Assembly: GCF_963921235.1 (NCBI RefSeq)
Contig: NC_086097.1
Location: forward strand, 4,340,001-4,404,000
DNA: 64,000 bases
From: Mobula hypostoma
Taxonomy: Eukaryota
Reading direction: 5' to 3'
Shown here in pieces: positions 37,490 through 49,000 of this stretch. The stretch's first letter is position 1. Each line of letters starts with the position of its first letter. The notes under the pieces are model-generated. The model had not been told where the DNA came from, searched no databases, and was given only the letters and a program-made list of their open reading frames with translations. The translations under genes were made by a program, and so were the position numbers.

Positions 37490-37900
37490 AAGAGACTGAG
37501 TGAACACGACCTTTTCTCCTTGGAATGGTGGAGGATGAAAGGTGATCTGATAGAGGTGTATAAGACTGTGAGAGGCATTGATCATGTGGATAGTCAGAGG
37601 CTTTTTCACAGGGCTGGAATGGCTAGCACGAGAGGGCACAGTTTTAAGGTGCTTGGAAGTAGGTACAGAGGAGATGTCAGGGGTAAGTTTTTTATGCAGA
37701 GAGTGGTGAGTGTGTGGAATGGGCTGTCAGAAATGGTGGTGGAGGCGAATACAATAAGGTCTTTTAAGAGACTCCTCGTTAGGTACATGGAGCTCAGTGA
37801 AATAGAGGGCTATGGGTAACCCTAGGTAATTTCTAAAGTACATGTTCGGCACAGCTTTGTGGGCTGAAGGTCCTGCACTGTGCTATAAGTTTTCTATGTT
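37490..37900 (+). mobile_element. CR1 3' end (host of the full-length copy)
   Basis: ORF 37520-37819 (GDLIEVYK, QRVVSVWN). Confidence 0.8.
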
Positions 37901-38199
37901 TGTATATTCCAGTCTTCTCGAAATGAATGCTAACATTGTATTTGACTTGCTTACAACAAACTGACCCTGCAAATTAACCTTTAGGGAATCGTGCACAAGG
38001 ACAAAGGCCATACTGTTATTACTAACTTTGCAAAAACACATTATAAGATAAATCTAATCTGCTGTTTTTCTTCACTTCTATTTCATTCAGCATGACATCT
38101 TTAGAGTCTTTGAGTCATGGGAAAGTACTGCACAGAAGCAGACCCTTTGGCCCATCTAGTTCATGCCAAACCATTTCAACTGCCTACTCCCATCACTTC

Positions 38200-38900
38200 C
38201 AGTAAGAAAGCAGAGTGTTAAGATGCAATGGCCTGTTGGGGGTCAACCGAGGGTTTTTTTTTCTTTGTTAATGTCTTTTATGATAGCAAGACAATGCTGG
38301 ACTCCAGGAACTTTGAGCATTGCACGTCTAACCCATCAGCTGGTGGAAGTGCTGGACTGCATACAGATTGATGCTGCCTGCTACAGGAAGCCATCAAAGG
38401 CATTGGTGTTGGTGCACAAAGAGGAGGCGTGCAGGGTAACTGCGGGCGATTGTCTTGGACGTTTCTCTTGTGATCACAAGACCCTTTTGGACAGTGATAA
38501 CGTAAGATGCCGCAGGCCTGTTTTCCTTGTTTGGTGGTGCAACACACAGTGGGGAAGCTGTGTGACCTTAGTTGTAGCTAGGACTAAGCCTCAAGCTGCA
38601 GTTCTGGAGAGGAGACGCCAGAGATAGTGTAGTTTGGCATGCGTACTCAATTGGGGGCTGGCCTGTCCCATCGGTGCTACCTTCCAGTGTTCAATCAATG
38701 GAATGTCAGGCTGGATTGCGTGCATATGTTTGACTGTGCAATACTGGGGACTACGCCATCAAATTGTAGAATTGTGTATTTTGCTGTCTATTTGGAATGT
38801 GCTGTGTGTGTTTTGTACCTTGACCTCAGAGGAAAGCTGTTTCGCTCAGCTGTATGCATGACTGGTTGAATGATAATTAAACTTGAATTTGAATTTGAAT
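38200..38900 (+). mobile_element. Non-coding retroposon with (TTGAAT)n tail, inserted in a minus-strand CR1 3' end
   Basis: ATGATAATTAAACTTGAATTTGAATTTGAATT tail; CR1 3' sequence flanks both sides (38110-38195 and 38903-39195). Confidence 0.55.
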
Positions 38901-39204
38901 TCAACCTGCACCTGGACCATGGCCATCCATTGCCCTACCATCCATGTAAGGATGAAACCAAGTGTGCATTCACCACTTGTGCTGGCAACTCATTCCACAT
39001 TCTCAGGATCCTCTGATTGAAGAAGTTTTCCCTCATGTTCCCCTTAAACTTTTCACCTTTCACCCTTAACCCAAGACATCTAGTTGTAGTCCCACTCAAC
39101 CTCAGTGGAAGAAGCCTGCTTGCAGTTATACTATATATATATATCCCTCATACTTGTGTATACCTCAAATCTCCCGTCCATCTTCTACCTTCCATTCACC
39201 AGAT

Positions 39205-40675
39205 TCTGTAATAGTTCCGGGAGACTGGAAAATTGCGAATACCACCCTACTCTTCTTTGCCCGACGCTGGTCCCCTAGGCCTGAGTCGACATAGTAGCAG
39301 TACTCCACTCTTCAAGCAGGGAAAGAGGCAGGAACATGAAACTATAGGCCAAATAGTCTGATCTCAGTGATTGGAAAAATGTTGGAGTCGATTGTTAAGG
39401 ATGTGGTTTCGGGGTACTTGGAGACAAAGGCCATAGCAGGATTTCCTCAAGAGAAAATCTTGCCCTCCAAATCTGTTGGAATTCTTTGAAGAAGTAACAA
39501 ACAGGATAGACAAAAGAGAATTGGTTGATGTTGTGTTCCTAGATTTTCAAAAGGCCTTTGACAAAGTGCCACACATGAGGCTGCTTAGCAAATTAGAAGC
39601 CCATGATATTACAGGAAAGATTCTAGCATGGATAAAGCAGTGGCTGATTGGTCGGAGGCAAAGAGTGGGAATAAAGGGAGCCTTTCCTAGCTGGCTGTCA
39701 ATAACTAGTGGTGTTCCACAGGGTTCTGTGTTGGGACTGATTCTTTTAATGTTAAATGTCAATAATTTGGTTGATGGAATTGATGACTTTGTTGCAAAGT
39801 TTACCGATGATACGGAGACAGGTGAAGGGGTAAGTGGTTTTGAGGAAATAGAGAGGCTACAGAAAGAAGGACTTAGACACATTAAGAGAGTGTCAGAAAG
39901 TGTATGGTCATGCACTTTGGTAGAAGAAATAAAAGTGGAGACTATTTCATAAATGGAGAGAAAATTCAAAAATCTGAGGTGCAAAGGGACTTGGGAGCCA
40001 TTGTGCGGGATTCCCTGAAGGTAAATTTGCAGGTTGAGTCCGTGGTCAGGAAGGCAAATACAATGTTCACATTCATTTCAACAGAACTGGAATATAAAAG
40101 CAAGGATGTAATGTTGGCAAATTATAAAGCACTGGTGAGGCCCCTTACCTTAGAAAGGATGTGCTGAAACTGGAGAGGGTTCAAAGAAGATTCACGAAAA
40201 TGATTCCAGGATGAAATGGTTCGTTACATGATGAGCATTTGATGGATCTGGGCCTGTATTCACTAGAATCCAGAAGAATATGGGATGACCTAATTGAAAC
40301 TATCAAATGTTGAAAGGGCTTGATAGAGTGGGTGTGGAAAGGATGTTTCCTATGGTGGGAGAGTCTAGGATCAGAGGACCCAGCCTCAGATTAGAGGGGC
40401 ATCCTTTTAGAACAGAGATGAGGAGGAATTTCTTTAGTTAGAGAGTGGTGAATCTGTGGAATTCTTTGCCACTGACAGCTGTGGAGGCCAAGTCTTTATG
40501 CATATTTAAGGCAGAGCTTAATAGATTCTTGATTGGTTAGAGTGTGAAGATTTGCGGGGGGGAAGGCATGAGATGGAGTGCAGAGGATAAATGTATCAGC
40601 CCTGATCAAATGGCAGAGTAGACTCGATGGGCCAAATGGCTTAGTTATTCTCCTATACCTTAAGGTTTTATGGTT
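39205..40675 (+). mobile_element. CR1 ORF2 RT remnant with 3' end
   Basis: ORF 39476-39952 ([25 protein letters not shown]). Confidence 0.87.
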
Positions 40676-40799
40676 CCAAGGAATAAAGCCCTAACAGATT
40701 CAATCTTCCCTTATAACTCAGATCCTCCAGTCCCAGCAACATCCTTGTAAACTTTCTCTGTACTCTTTCAACCTTTTTTTAACAAAATTATACAAAAGA

Positions 40800-42160
40800 T
40801 CTGCCAGAGTTTCCCAGTGATTTCCTCCAACAGATATTCTGCTACTCCAGATTCACCACATCTTCCATTTTCAACAAAAATGCAATAACCTTTCTCCTTT
40901 CATTAACCACTGCATGACTCATCTGCAAGAGTGAGACCATTTTAATTCCAATCCCCATTCTCACTCTGATAGGTCGATCCATGTCCTCTTCTTTCACCTT
41001 GATGAGGCCACTCTCAGAATGGAGGAGCAATACCTCATGTTCCTCTGGGTCTGGGTGAGAATCAGTTGCTTCCCCCGGGCAGTTAGACTTCTGAATTCCT
41101 TGTCACATCATATTCTGAGTCACTGGTTAATCTGTTCCGTACCTTACAATATTTAATATTCATGCACTTCAATTTGTTATTTATGTGTGATTCATCTGTA
41201 GATTTTATCCTTAAATTCATGTTACCCTGTTATATGTACTAACCTGTAAGAAATGTCTCATTGCTATATATATGAGGGGTGATTGATAAGTTCGTGGCCT
41301 AAGGTAGAAGGAGTCAATTTTAGAAAACCTAGCACATTTATTTTTCCTACATTTGCACTCCTAGTCCAGCAGTCGTGGACCATACGGATCCCTTCTTTTT
41401 GAAGTCGGGGTCTTGGACCTCCAGAAAGTGGTCCACAGCAGGGGTGATTGATAACTTCGTGGCCTAAGGTAGAAGCAGATGAGGAGAAACTTCAAACTTC
41501 CTGCATTTTCACTGAAAGTGTTGAACTGCATGTGCAGATAATGAGAGCTGTATAGCTCATCTCCTTCTACATTGGACCATGAACTTATCAATCACCCCTG
41601 CTGTGGACCACTTCTACAAAGAAGGAATCCGTATGCTCGACAACCACTGGACTAAGTGTGTAAATGTAGGAGGGGACTATGTTGAAAAATAAATGTGCTA
41701 GCTTCTCTAAAATTGACTCCTTCTCCTTCAGGCCACCAACATATGAATCACCCTGGTATTACATGGTTATATATGTTATATATAAGTATATAATTAAATG
41801 ACAATAGACTTGACTTGACTGGTTTGTGTAGCCCTCAACCTGATGGCATGAACATCGTTTTTTCCGGTTAAAAAAAAATCCTTCCTCCTCTCTTCTTTTC
41901 CCATCTCTGGCCCCTTATTTCTTCTCACCTGCCTTCATCTCTTCCTGGTGACCCTCCTTCTCTTTCTCCCATGGTCCATTCTCCTCTCCTGTCAGATTCC
42001 TTTTTACCTTTCCCAGCCACTTGACTTCGCCTGGGCCTGAGATATACATTTGTTTATTCATTTCATAGACACTACCTGACCTGTTAAGTTTCTCCAGCAT
42101 TTTGTGTGTTTTGTGCATGTTGCTCAAGGTTCTGAATATCTGTAGAATCTCTTATGTTTA
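40800..42160 (+). mobile_element. Old Penelope-like 3' remnant, interrupted by a LINE tail and a mariner MITE
   Basis: 40938-41050 and 41830-41870 are similar to 16048-16200; degenerate terminus at 42065-42160. Confidence 0.6.
41273..41756. mobile_element. Mariner-derived palindromic MITE
   Basis: TA flanks; TIR TGAGGGGTGATTGATAAGTTCGTGGCCTAAGG; transposase C-terminus FYKEGIRMLDNHWTKCVNVGGDYVEK* at about 41612-41692. Confidence 0.85.
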
Positions 42161-42328
42161 TTGCATTTTTTACTGAGTGCCTGAGGATAAATGGATCATT
42201 TATACAATTTGGAAATCTTCCTGTGACTATTATTCTTGAAATACATGTCTACAAGAGCAAGTTGAAGAAGAACTTTGAAGTAAAACCAATAACAAACTCG
42301 ACTAGTAAAGATTAGGTGCAATTTCTAC

Positions 42329-42334
42329 TTTAAT
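42329..42334 (-). promoter_or_regulatory. Candidate polyadenylation signal (ATTAAA) of the serpin gene
   Basis: About 280 nt after the stop codon; followed about 35 nt downstream by GU/U-rich GTTTGTTATTGGTTTT. Confidence 0.55.
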
Positions 42335-42610
42335 ATAAATCATGTCATTCAATCAAATATGTATTAAGCAAATCATAACAACCAGGAAGTCTATATTTGA
42401 AATATTTTGTTAATGTGGATATTGTTGAAGGGTTTACTTTGACTTGAAATCTCTTCAATCAATGCCTGATGTGTTAACCTATTATAAAGCAAACCTAAAT
42501 TATGTTAGCCAGCTCCCAATATTTAAATGTTACAAGTTTAAGTGTTAGAAGTAACTGCATTGTTTTCCATCCGGAGATGCACAAGTTTTGTGATGGTGTG
42601 GACTCTGTGA

Positions 42611-42799
42611 TCAAATGCTGGGGTTCATCACTCTCCCAGCAAACACGACACTCCTGATATAGTTATCAGCAATTAGTAACAAGAAAGGTCTGTTACATTT
42701 AAACTCAACAGGAAGAGACAGTGGGATTGCTTGCATGCCTGTAACTGCAGTAGCCTTTGTTCCTTCCTCATCTACTTCCAGCACAGCCTTATGCATCAC
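42611..42799 (-). CDS. Terminal coding exon of a clade A serpin (alpha-1-antitrypsin-like), containing the reactive-centre loop
   Basis: Acceptor TTTTTTTCCCTCTGTAG|GTG in phase 0; VMHKAVLEVDEEGTKATAVTGMQAIPLSLPVEFKCNRPFLLLIADNYIRSVVFAGRVMNPSI*; hinge and serpin signature intact; intron position matches the last intron of SERPINA-type genes. Orthology is uncertain, so no symbol is given. Confidence 0.93.
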   Translation of the reverse strand: MMHKAVLEVDEEGTKATAVTGMQAIPLSLPVEFKCNRPFLLLIADNYIRSVVFAGRVMNPSI

Positions 42800-42995
42800 C
42801 TACAGAGGGAAAAAAAGGCATCAAACTTGATTTATAACAAAAACATCCAATTTATAAGTTTCATAGATTTTCCAAATACTTTATTACTATATATGATTAA
42901 TATCTTACAACTTACAAAAACTGTGTTGTTGTGTTTTAGGCCTATAAACATGCACTGAATTATTCAAACTGCCTATTTAATTATTTCGAGATAAT

Positions 42996-43019
42996 TAACC
43001 CTAACCCTATCCCTAACCC
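42996..43019. repeat. Short telomere-like tract (TAACCC)4 with one mismatch
   Basis: TAACCC TAACCC TATCCC TAACCC. Confidence 0.6.
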
Positions 43020-43261
43020 ACAGATTTAACACCAGCCTAAGTACATTTCCACCCACCCACCATCCAGGACATGCTCTCTTCTTGCTGCTGCCATGAGGAA
43101 GAAGGTAGAGGAGCCTCAGGACCCCCACTACCAGGTTCACAAAGAGTTATTCCACCTCAACCATCAAGCTCTTGATAACTTCACATCCTAAGTTTCAAAT
43201 ATTCCCGCAACCTATGGACTTACTTTCATTTATTGCTTATTTATGTATATTTATTTATTTA

Positions 43262-43848
43262 TTTGCTGTTCTCTTGGAAAGTTTTCTTGGTCTTCCAGAC
43301 CTCAACTTGACCTCACCATTCCTGTTAACTGCCATTTCTTAATTACATTACAAACTGAGGAAATAGCTACCTGTAAATGTTTTGCTATCTTCTTATAGCC
43401 TTCTCCTGCTTTGTGGGCATTATTTATTTTAATTTTCAGAGTGCTAGGCAGCTGCTTAGAGGAGCCCATGGCTGCTGATTGTTGGGACAAGGTTTGAGGA
43501 GTCAGGGTATTTATAAAGCTTTGAAATTTGCATCACCTGGCCTTTCCGAACGATGACTGTGAACAAGCCATAGCCCTAACAAGCTAATTAAGGTCTGAGA
43601 CCTTGGTAAAAGTTATCTGAGAGCTCAAATCTCTTGTGGTGCCCAAACTTTTGCATGGTGCTCCTTTCCTTTTTTTTCACTCTAAAATTGTACAAAACAA
43701 AAATAATACACTAATCTTGCTTAAATGTTGAAAAGAATGTTTCATCTGTAACTTCATGATGTTTGGAGATCAGTTCATCTCTTACCCACTTAACTATTCA
43801 CAGTAACAGAAATTTTGACCGGGGTGCCCAAACTTTTGCATGCCACTG
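43262..43848 (-). mobile_element. Left end of an IR/DR-type Tc1 transposon with a frameshifted transposase N-terminus
   Basis: TA|CAGTGGCATGCAAAAGTTTGGGCACCCC terminus; 20-bp direct repeat at 43823-43842 and 43638-43657; MGSSKQL..HKAGEGYKKIAK from ATG 43469, then SGRPRKLS in a shifted frame. Confidence 0.9.
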
Positions 43849-43899
43849 TATGCATAATGATTATTATTTTCTCTTTTGTACCTGCACAGTTTATTTTTT

Positions 43900-44185
43900 G
43901 ATGTTGCCACGTTTGCCGAGCCTGCCAATTAGCTTGCAGATGTTTCCTCACCAGTCGAGGCTCTTAAGAAATGTGAGGCAATAGAATTCAAAGGTCAACT
44001 GAAGGGCTCGCCAATCAGGATCAAAGCAAGTGAACAGGGGTCTCCATGAACACAAGCACCCCCAGAGAGAAACACCAACAACCGCGCACTGAGGATGTCA
44101 CCGCGACTGGAGATGAAACATCTGCAAGCTCGGCAAACACCAGAACATCAGATACTGAACCCGAGCGACCAGGATTCACCACCAT
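43900..44185 (+). mobile_element. Terminus of a second Penelope family with hammerhead (44086-44125) and a short inverted arm (about 43910-43960)
   Basis: GCA-CTGAGGA-TGTCACC GCGACT GGAGAT-GAAA-CA-TC^TGC; AGCTTGCAGATGTTTC at 43931 is its reverse complement. Confidence 0.7.
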
Positions 44186-44679
44186 CCTAAACAGATTTTG
44201 TGGTCCTTTGCACATTGGTTGTTTGTTCATCCTATTCACTGCAGACTTTCATTGATTCTATTGTGTTTCTTGGATTTATAGACTATGCCCACAAGAAACT
44301 GAATCTCAAAGTTGTATGTGTTGACATACAATATATGTACTGTGATAATAAATTTACTTTAAACTTTGATTTGCAATGAGCAATTAGCCAACTAACCAGT
44401 ACGACTTTGGGCTTTGGAGGGAACCCCAGGTAACCCGAAGTAAACCCATGTGTTCACGAGTAAGAAGTACAAACTCCTTCCAGACAGCATTGGCCTTGAA
44501 CTCTGAACTCTGAACTCTGGAGTGCCCCAAGCTATCATTCCATTTCAAATGTTTGAAATTCATAAGTTAAAATTTCACTGGTGTCCTCAATGACATGGGG
44601 TTGGAATGCAGATGCTTATTATTGAAGTTAGTTATTAACTTTTTGGCTTAAGATACTAAAATGTTACATCTGGTCAATC

Positions 44680-45090
44680 TTGCTGTATGCTTCCGAAACA
44701 TGGACTATAACACCAGAACTCCAAAGAAACTTAGAAGCAACAGAAATGTGGTTTCTTAGAAGAATTTTGAAAATATCATATAGAGATAAGTAACTAATGA
44801 GACAGTACTCCAACGTGGCCACACAAAAAGATCTTTAATGAAACATTAAATGAGAGGAAACTTAAATTCCAGGGCCATGTCATCAGAAAGGGAGAAATAG
44901 AAAGCCTTCCATTACAAGGCTGTATGCCTGGGACATGCGGAAGAGGAAGGCAAAGAGGAAAATATATGGACACTATGAAAGAATTAACAGATCTAAGTGT
45001 GCGAGATATCATTGGCGCTGCGAGGGATCGTTCGATGTGGAGAGCCATGATCGCCCAAGTGTGTAACGCGCAAGGCACATGAAGGAGAAT
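44680..45090 (+). mobile_element. RTE-clade LINE 3' fragment
   Basis: LEATEMWFLRRILKIS...RKLKFQGHVIRK...GRGRQRGKYMD...ARDRSMWRAMI. Confidence 0.8.
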
Positions 45091-45179
45091 GTATTGATTT
45101 ATTTATTGCAATATAGTGTGGAATAGGCCCTTCTGGTCCTTTGAGCTGTGTCTCCGCTCAAACCCTTATTCCTAGCCGA

Positions 45180-45765
45180 GAGTCATAAAGGCATTGAAAA
45201 GTACAATACAGAAACAGGCCCTTTAGCCCATCTGCTCTGTACTGAACCATTTAAGATGCCTACTCCCATCGACCTGCACAGAGACCATAGCCCTCCTTAC
45301 CCCAACTATCCATGTAACTATCCAAACTTCTCTTAAGCATTGAAATTGAGCTCACATGCCCCACTTGCACTGGCAGCTCATTCTGCACTCTCACAAACCT
45401 CTGAGTGAAGAAGTTTTCCCTCATTCCCCTTAAACTATTCACCTTTCACCCTTAACCTATGACCACTATTTGTTGTCCTTCCCAGCCTAAGTGGAAAAAA
45501 ACCTGTTTGCATTTAGCACATTAACACCTCGCATAATTTTGTATAAAGAGTCTTTTACTTTCCAAGGATTAAAGTTCTAACCAATTTAACATTTCCTTAT
45601 AACTCAGGTCCTCCAGACCTGGCAACATCCTTGTAAATTTTCTCAATACTCGTTCAACCTTATTTACATCTTTCCTGTAGGTAGGAAACTATAGGCCAAA
45701 TCCTGATCACGATACTTCAAATTAGGCCTCACCAACAGCTTATACAATTTCAACATGACATCCTA
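45180..45765 (-). mobile_element. CR1 3' fragment
   Basis: FFTQRFVRVQNELP remnant; similar to 29004-29936. Confidence 0.8.
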
Positions 45766-45769
45766 TTTC

Positions 45770-45968
45770 CCAATCACAGGACAATTTACAATGACCGATC
45801 AACTTACTAACCAGTACGTCTTTGGACAGTGGAAAGAAACGAGAGCATGCAGAGGCTACCCATGTGGCCATGGGGAGAATGTACAAACTCCTTATAGGCA
45901 GCATTAGGAATGAACCTGGGTGCCTGTACTGTAAAGCCTTGAGCTACCCACCATGCTATCATGCTACC
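45770..45968 (-). mobile_element. V-SINE-like tRNA SINE (a more decayed copy lies at about 44375-44510)
   Basis: Minus-strand GGAGTTTGTACATTCTCCCC V-domain-like motif. Confidence 0.65.
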
Positions 45969-46089
45969 AGAAGGTTATCCTTTACAAGGAAATATCTAAT
46001 CATGTTCAGGTTCATTGCACGTTTGGTTTCTGTGTGCAGGCCACAAGATGAAAAGTATTCGTGCATGAGTGCCAAATGTATTCTTAGGA

Positions 46090-49000
46090 GATAGAACATA
46101 GACAGAACAGTCCCTGATCATGTCCTTCAGATAGAACGTAGACAGAACAGCCCCTGAACTGGTCCTTCAGATAGAACATGGACAGTACAGTCCCTGAACA
46201 GGTCCTTCAGATAGAACGTAGACAGTACAGTCCCTGAACAGGTCCTTCAGATAGAACGTAGACAGTACAGTCCCTGAACAGGTCCTTCAGATAGAACGTA
46301 GACAGTACAGTCCCTGAACAGGTCCTTCAGACAGAACACAGACAGTACAGACCCTGAACAGGTCCTTCAGATAGAACGTAGGCAGTACAGTCCCTGAACT
46401 GGTCCTTCAGATAGAACATGGACAGTACAGTCCCTGAACAGGTCCTTCAGATAGAACGTAGGCAGTACAACCGCTGAACAGGTCCATCAGATAGAACGTA
46501 GACAGTACAGTCCCTGAACAGGTCCTTCAGATAGAACGTAGGCAGTACAGCCCCTGAACAGGTCCATCAGATAGAACGTAGACAATACAGCCCCTGAACA
46601 GGTCCATCAGATAGAATACAGGCAGTACAGCTGTTGAACACGTCCTTCAGATGGAAAGTAGACAGTACAGACCCTGAACAGATCCTTCAGATAGAACGTG
46701 GACAGTACGGTCCATGAACAGGTCCTTCAGATAGAACGTGGACAGTACAGTCACTGTACAGGTCCTTCAGATAGAATGTACTCAGTATAGCCTCTGAACC
46801 GGTCCCTCAGATAGAACATAGACAGTACAGCCGCTGAACAGTTTCTTCAGGTAAATCGTAGACAGTACAGAACAGAACAGGTCCGCCAGTTAGAACACAG
46901 ACACTATAGTCCCTGAACCGGTCATTCAGATAGAACAAAGACAGTACAGTCCCTGAATAGGCCCTTCAGAGAGAACGTAGATGGTAAGGTCCCTGAACAG
47001 GTTCTTCAGATAGAAAGTAGACAGTACAGACCCTGAACAGGCCCTTCAGATAGAACATAGATGGTACGGTCGCTGAACAGGTCATTCAGATAGAACGTGG
47101 ACACTACAGTCACTGTACAGGTCCATCAGATAGAATGTACTCAGTACAGACCCTGAACAGTTCCTTAAGATAGAACGTAGACGGTACAGTCCCTGAACAG
47201 GTCCTTCAGAAAGAATGTAGACAGTACTTTCAAAACAGGTCTTTTACCTGTTCTATCTGAAGAGGTCCTTCAGATAGAACATAGACAGAACAGTCCCTGA
47301 ACAGGTCTATCAGACAGAACTTAGACAGTACAGTGTCTAAGCTGAACAGGTCGTTCAGCTAGAACGTAGACAGTACAGTCCCTGAACAGGTCCTTCAGAA
47401 AGAACGCAGACAGTATTGTCCCTGAACAGGTCCTTCAGATAGAACGTAGACAGTATAGTTTCTGAACAGGTCCGTCAGATAGAACGTAGACAGTACAGTG
47501 CCTGATTAGGTCCTTGAGATAGAACATTGACAGTACAGTCCCTGAACTGGTCCTTAAGGTAGAACATGGACCGTACAGTCCCTGAACAGGTCCTTCAGAT
47601 AGAACGTAGACAGAATAGTCCCTGAAGAGGTGCTTCCGAGAAAACATGGACAGTACAGTTCCTGAACAGGTCCTTCAGATAGAACATAGACAGTACAGTC
47701 CCTGAACAGGTCCTTCAGAAAGAACGTAAACAGTACAGTCCCTGAACAGGTCCTGCTGTTAGAACGCAGACAGTACATCCACTGAACAGGTCCTTCAGAT
47801 AGAATATACTCAGTACAGACCCTGAACAGGTCCTTAAGATAGTACGGAGACGGTACAGTCCCTGAACAGGTCATTCAGATAGAACGTAGACAGAACAGTC
47901 CCTGAACCAGTCCTTCAGATAGAATGTAGGCAGTATAGTCCCTGAACAGGTCCTTCAGATAGAACATAGACAGTACAGACCCTGAACAGTTTCTTCAGGT
48001 AAATCGTAGACAGTACAGCCGCTGAACAGGTCCTTCAGATAGAACGTAGACCGTACAGTCCCTGAACAGGACCTTCAGACAGAACATAGACAGTACAATC
48101 CCTGAACAGGTCCTTCAGATAGAACGTAGACAGTACAGACCATGATCATATCCGCCAGTTAGAACACAGACACTGCAATCCCTGAACAGGTCCTTCAGAT
48201 AGAGCAAAGACAGTACAGTCCCTGAACATATCCTTCAGATAGAAAGTAGACAGCACAGACCCTGAACAGGTCCTTCAGATAGAATATAGACAGTACAGTC
48301 CCTGAACAGGTCCTTCAGATAGAACGTATTCAGTACAGTCCCTGAACAGGTCCTTCAGATAGAACGTAGACAGTACAGTCCCTGAACAAGACTTCAGATA
48401 GAAAGTAGACAGTACAGACCCTGAACAGGTCCTTCAGATAGAACACAGACAGTACAGTCCCTGAACAGATCCTTCAGATAGAACGTAGACAATACAGTCC
48501 CTGAACAGGTCCTTCAGATAGAACGTAGACAGTACAGTCCCTGAACATGTCCTTCAGATAGAAAGTAGACAGCACAGACCCTGAACAGGTCCTTCAGATA
48601 GAACGTGGACAGTACGGTCCCTGAACAGGTCCTTCAGATAGAACGTAGACAGTACAGGCCCTGAAACGTTCCTTCAGGTCAAATATAGACGGTACAGTCC
48701 CTGAACAGGTCTTCACATAGAATGTAGACAGTACTGTCCTTGTACAGGTCCTTCAGATAGAATGTAGACAGTACAGAACAGAACAGGTCCGCCAGTTAGA
48801 ACACAGACACTATAGTCCCTGAACCGGTCCTTCAGATAGAACAAAGACAGTACAGTCCCTGAATAGGCCCTTCAGAGAGAACGTAGATGGTAAAGTCCCT
48901 GAACAGGTTCTTCAGATACAAAGTAGACAGTACAGACCCTGAACATGTCCTTCAGATAGAACGTGGACAGTACAATCACTGTACAGGTCCATCAGATAGA

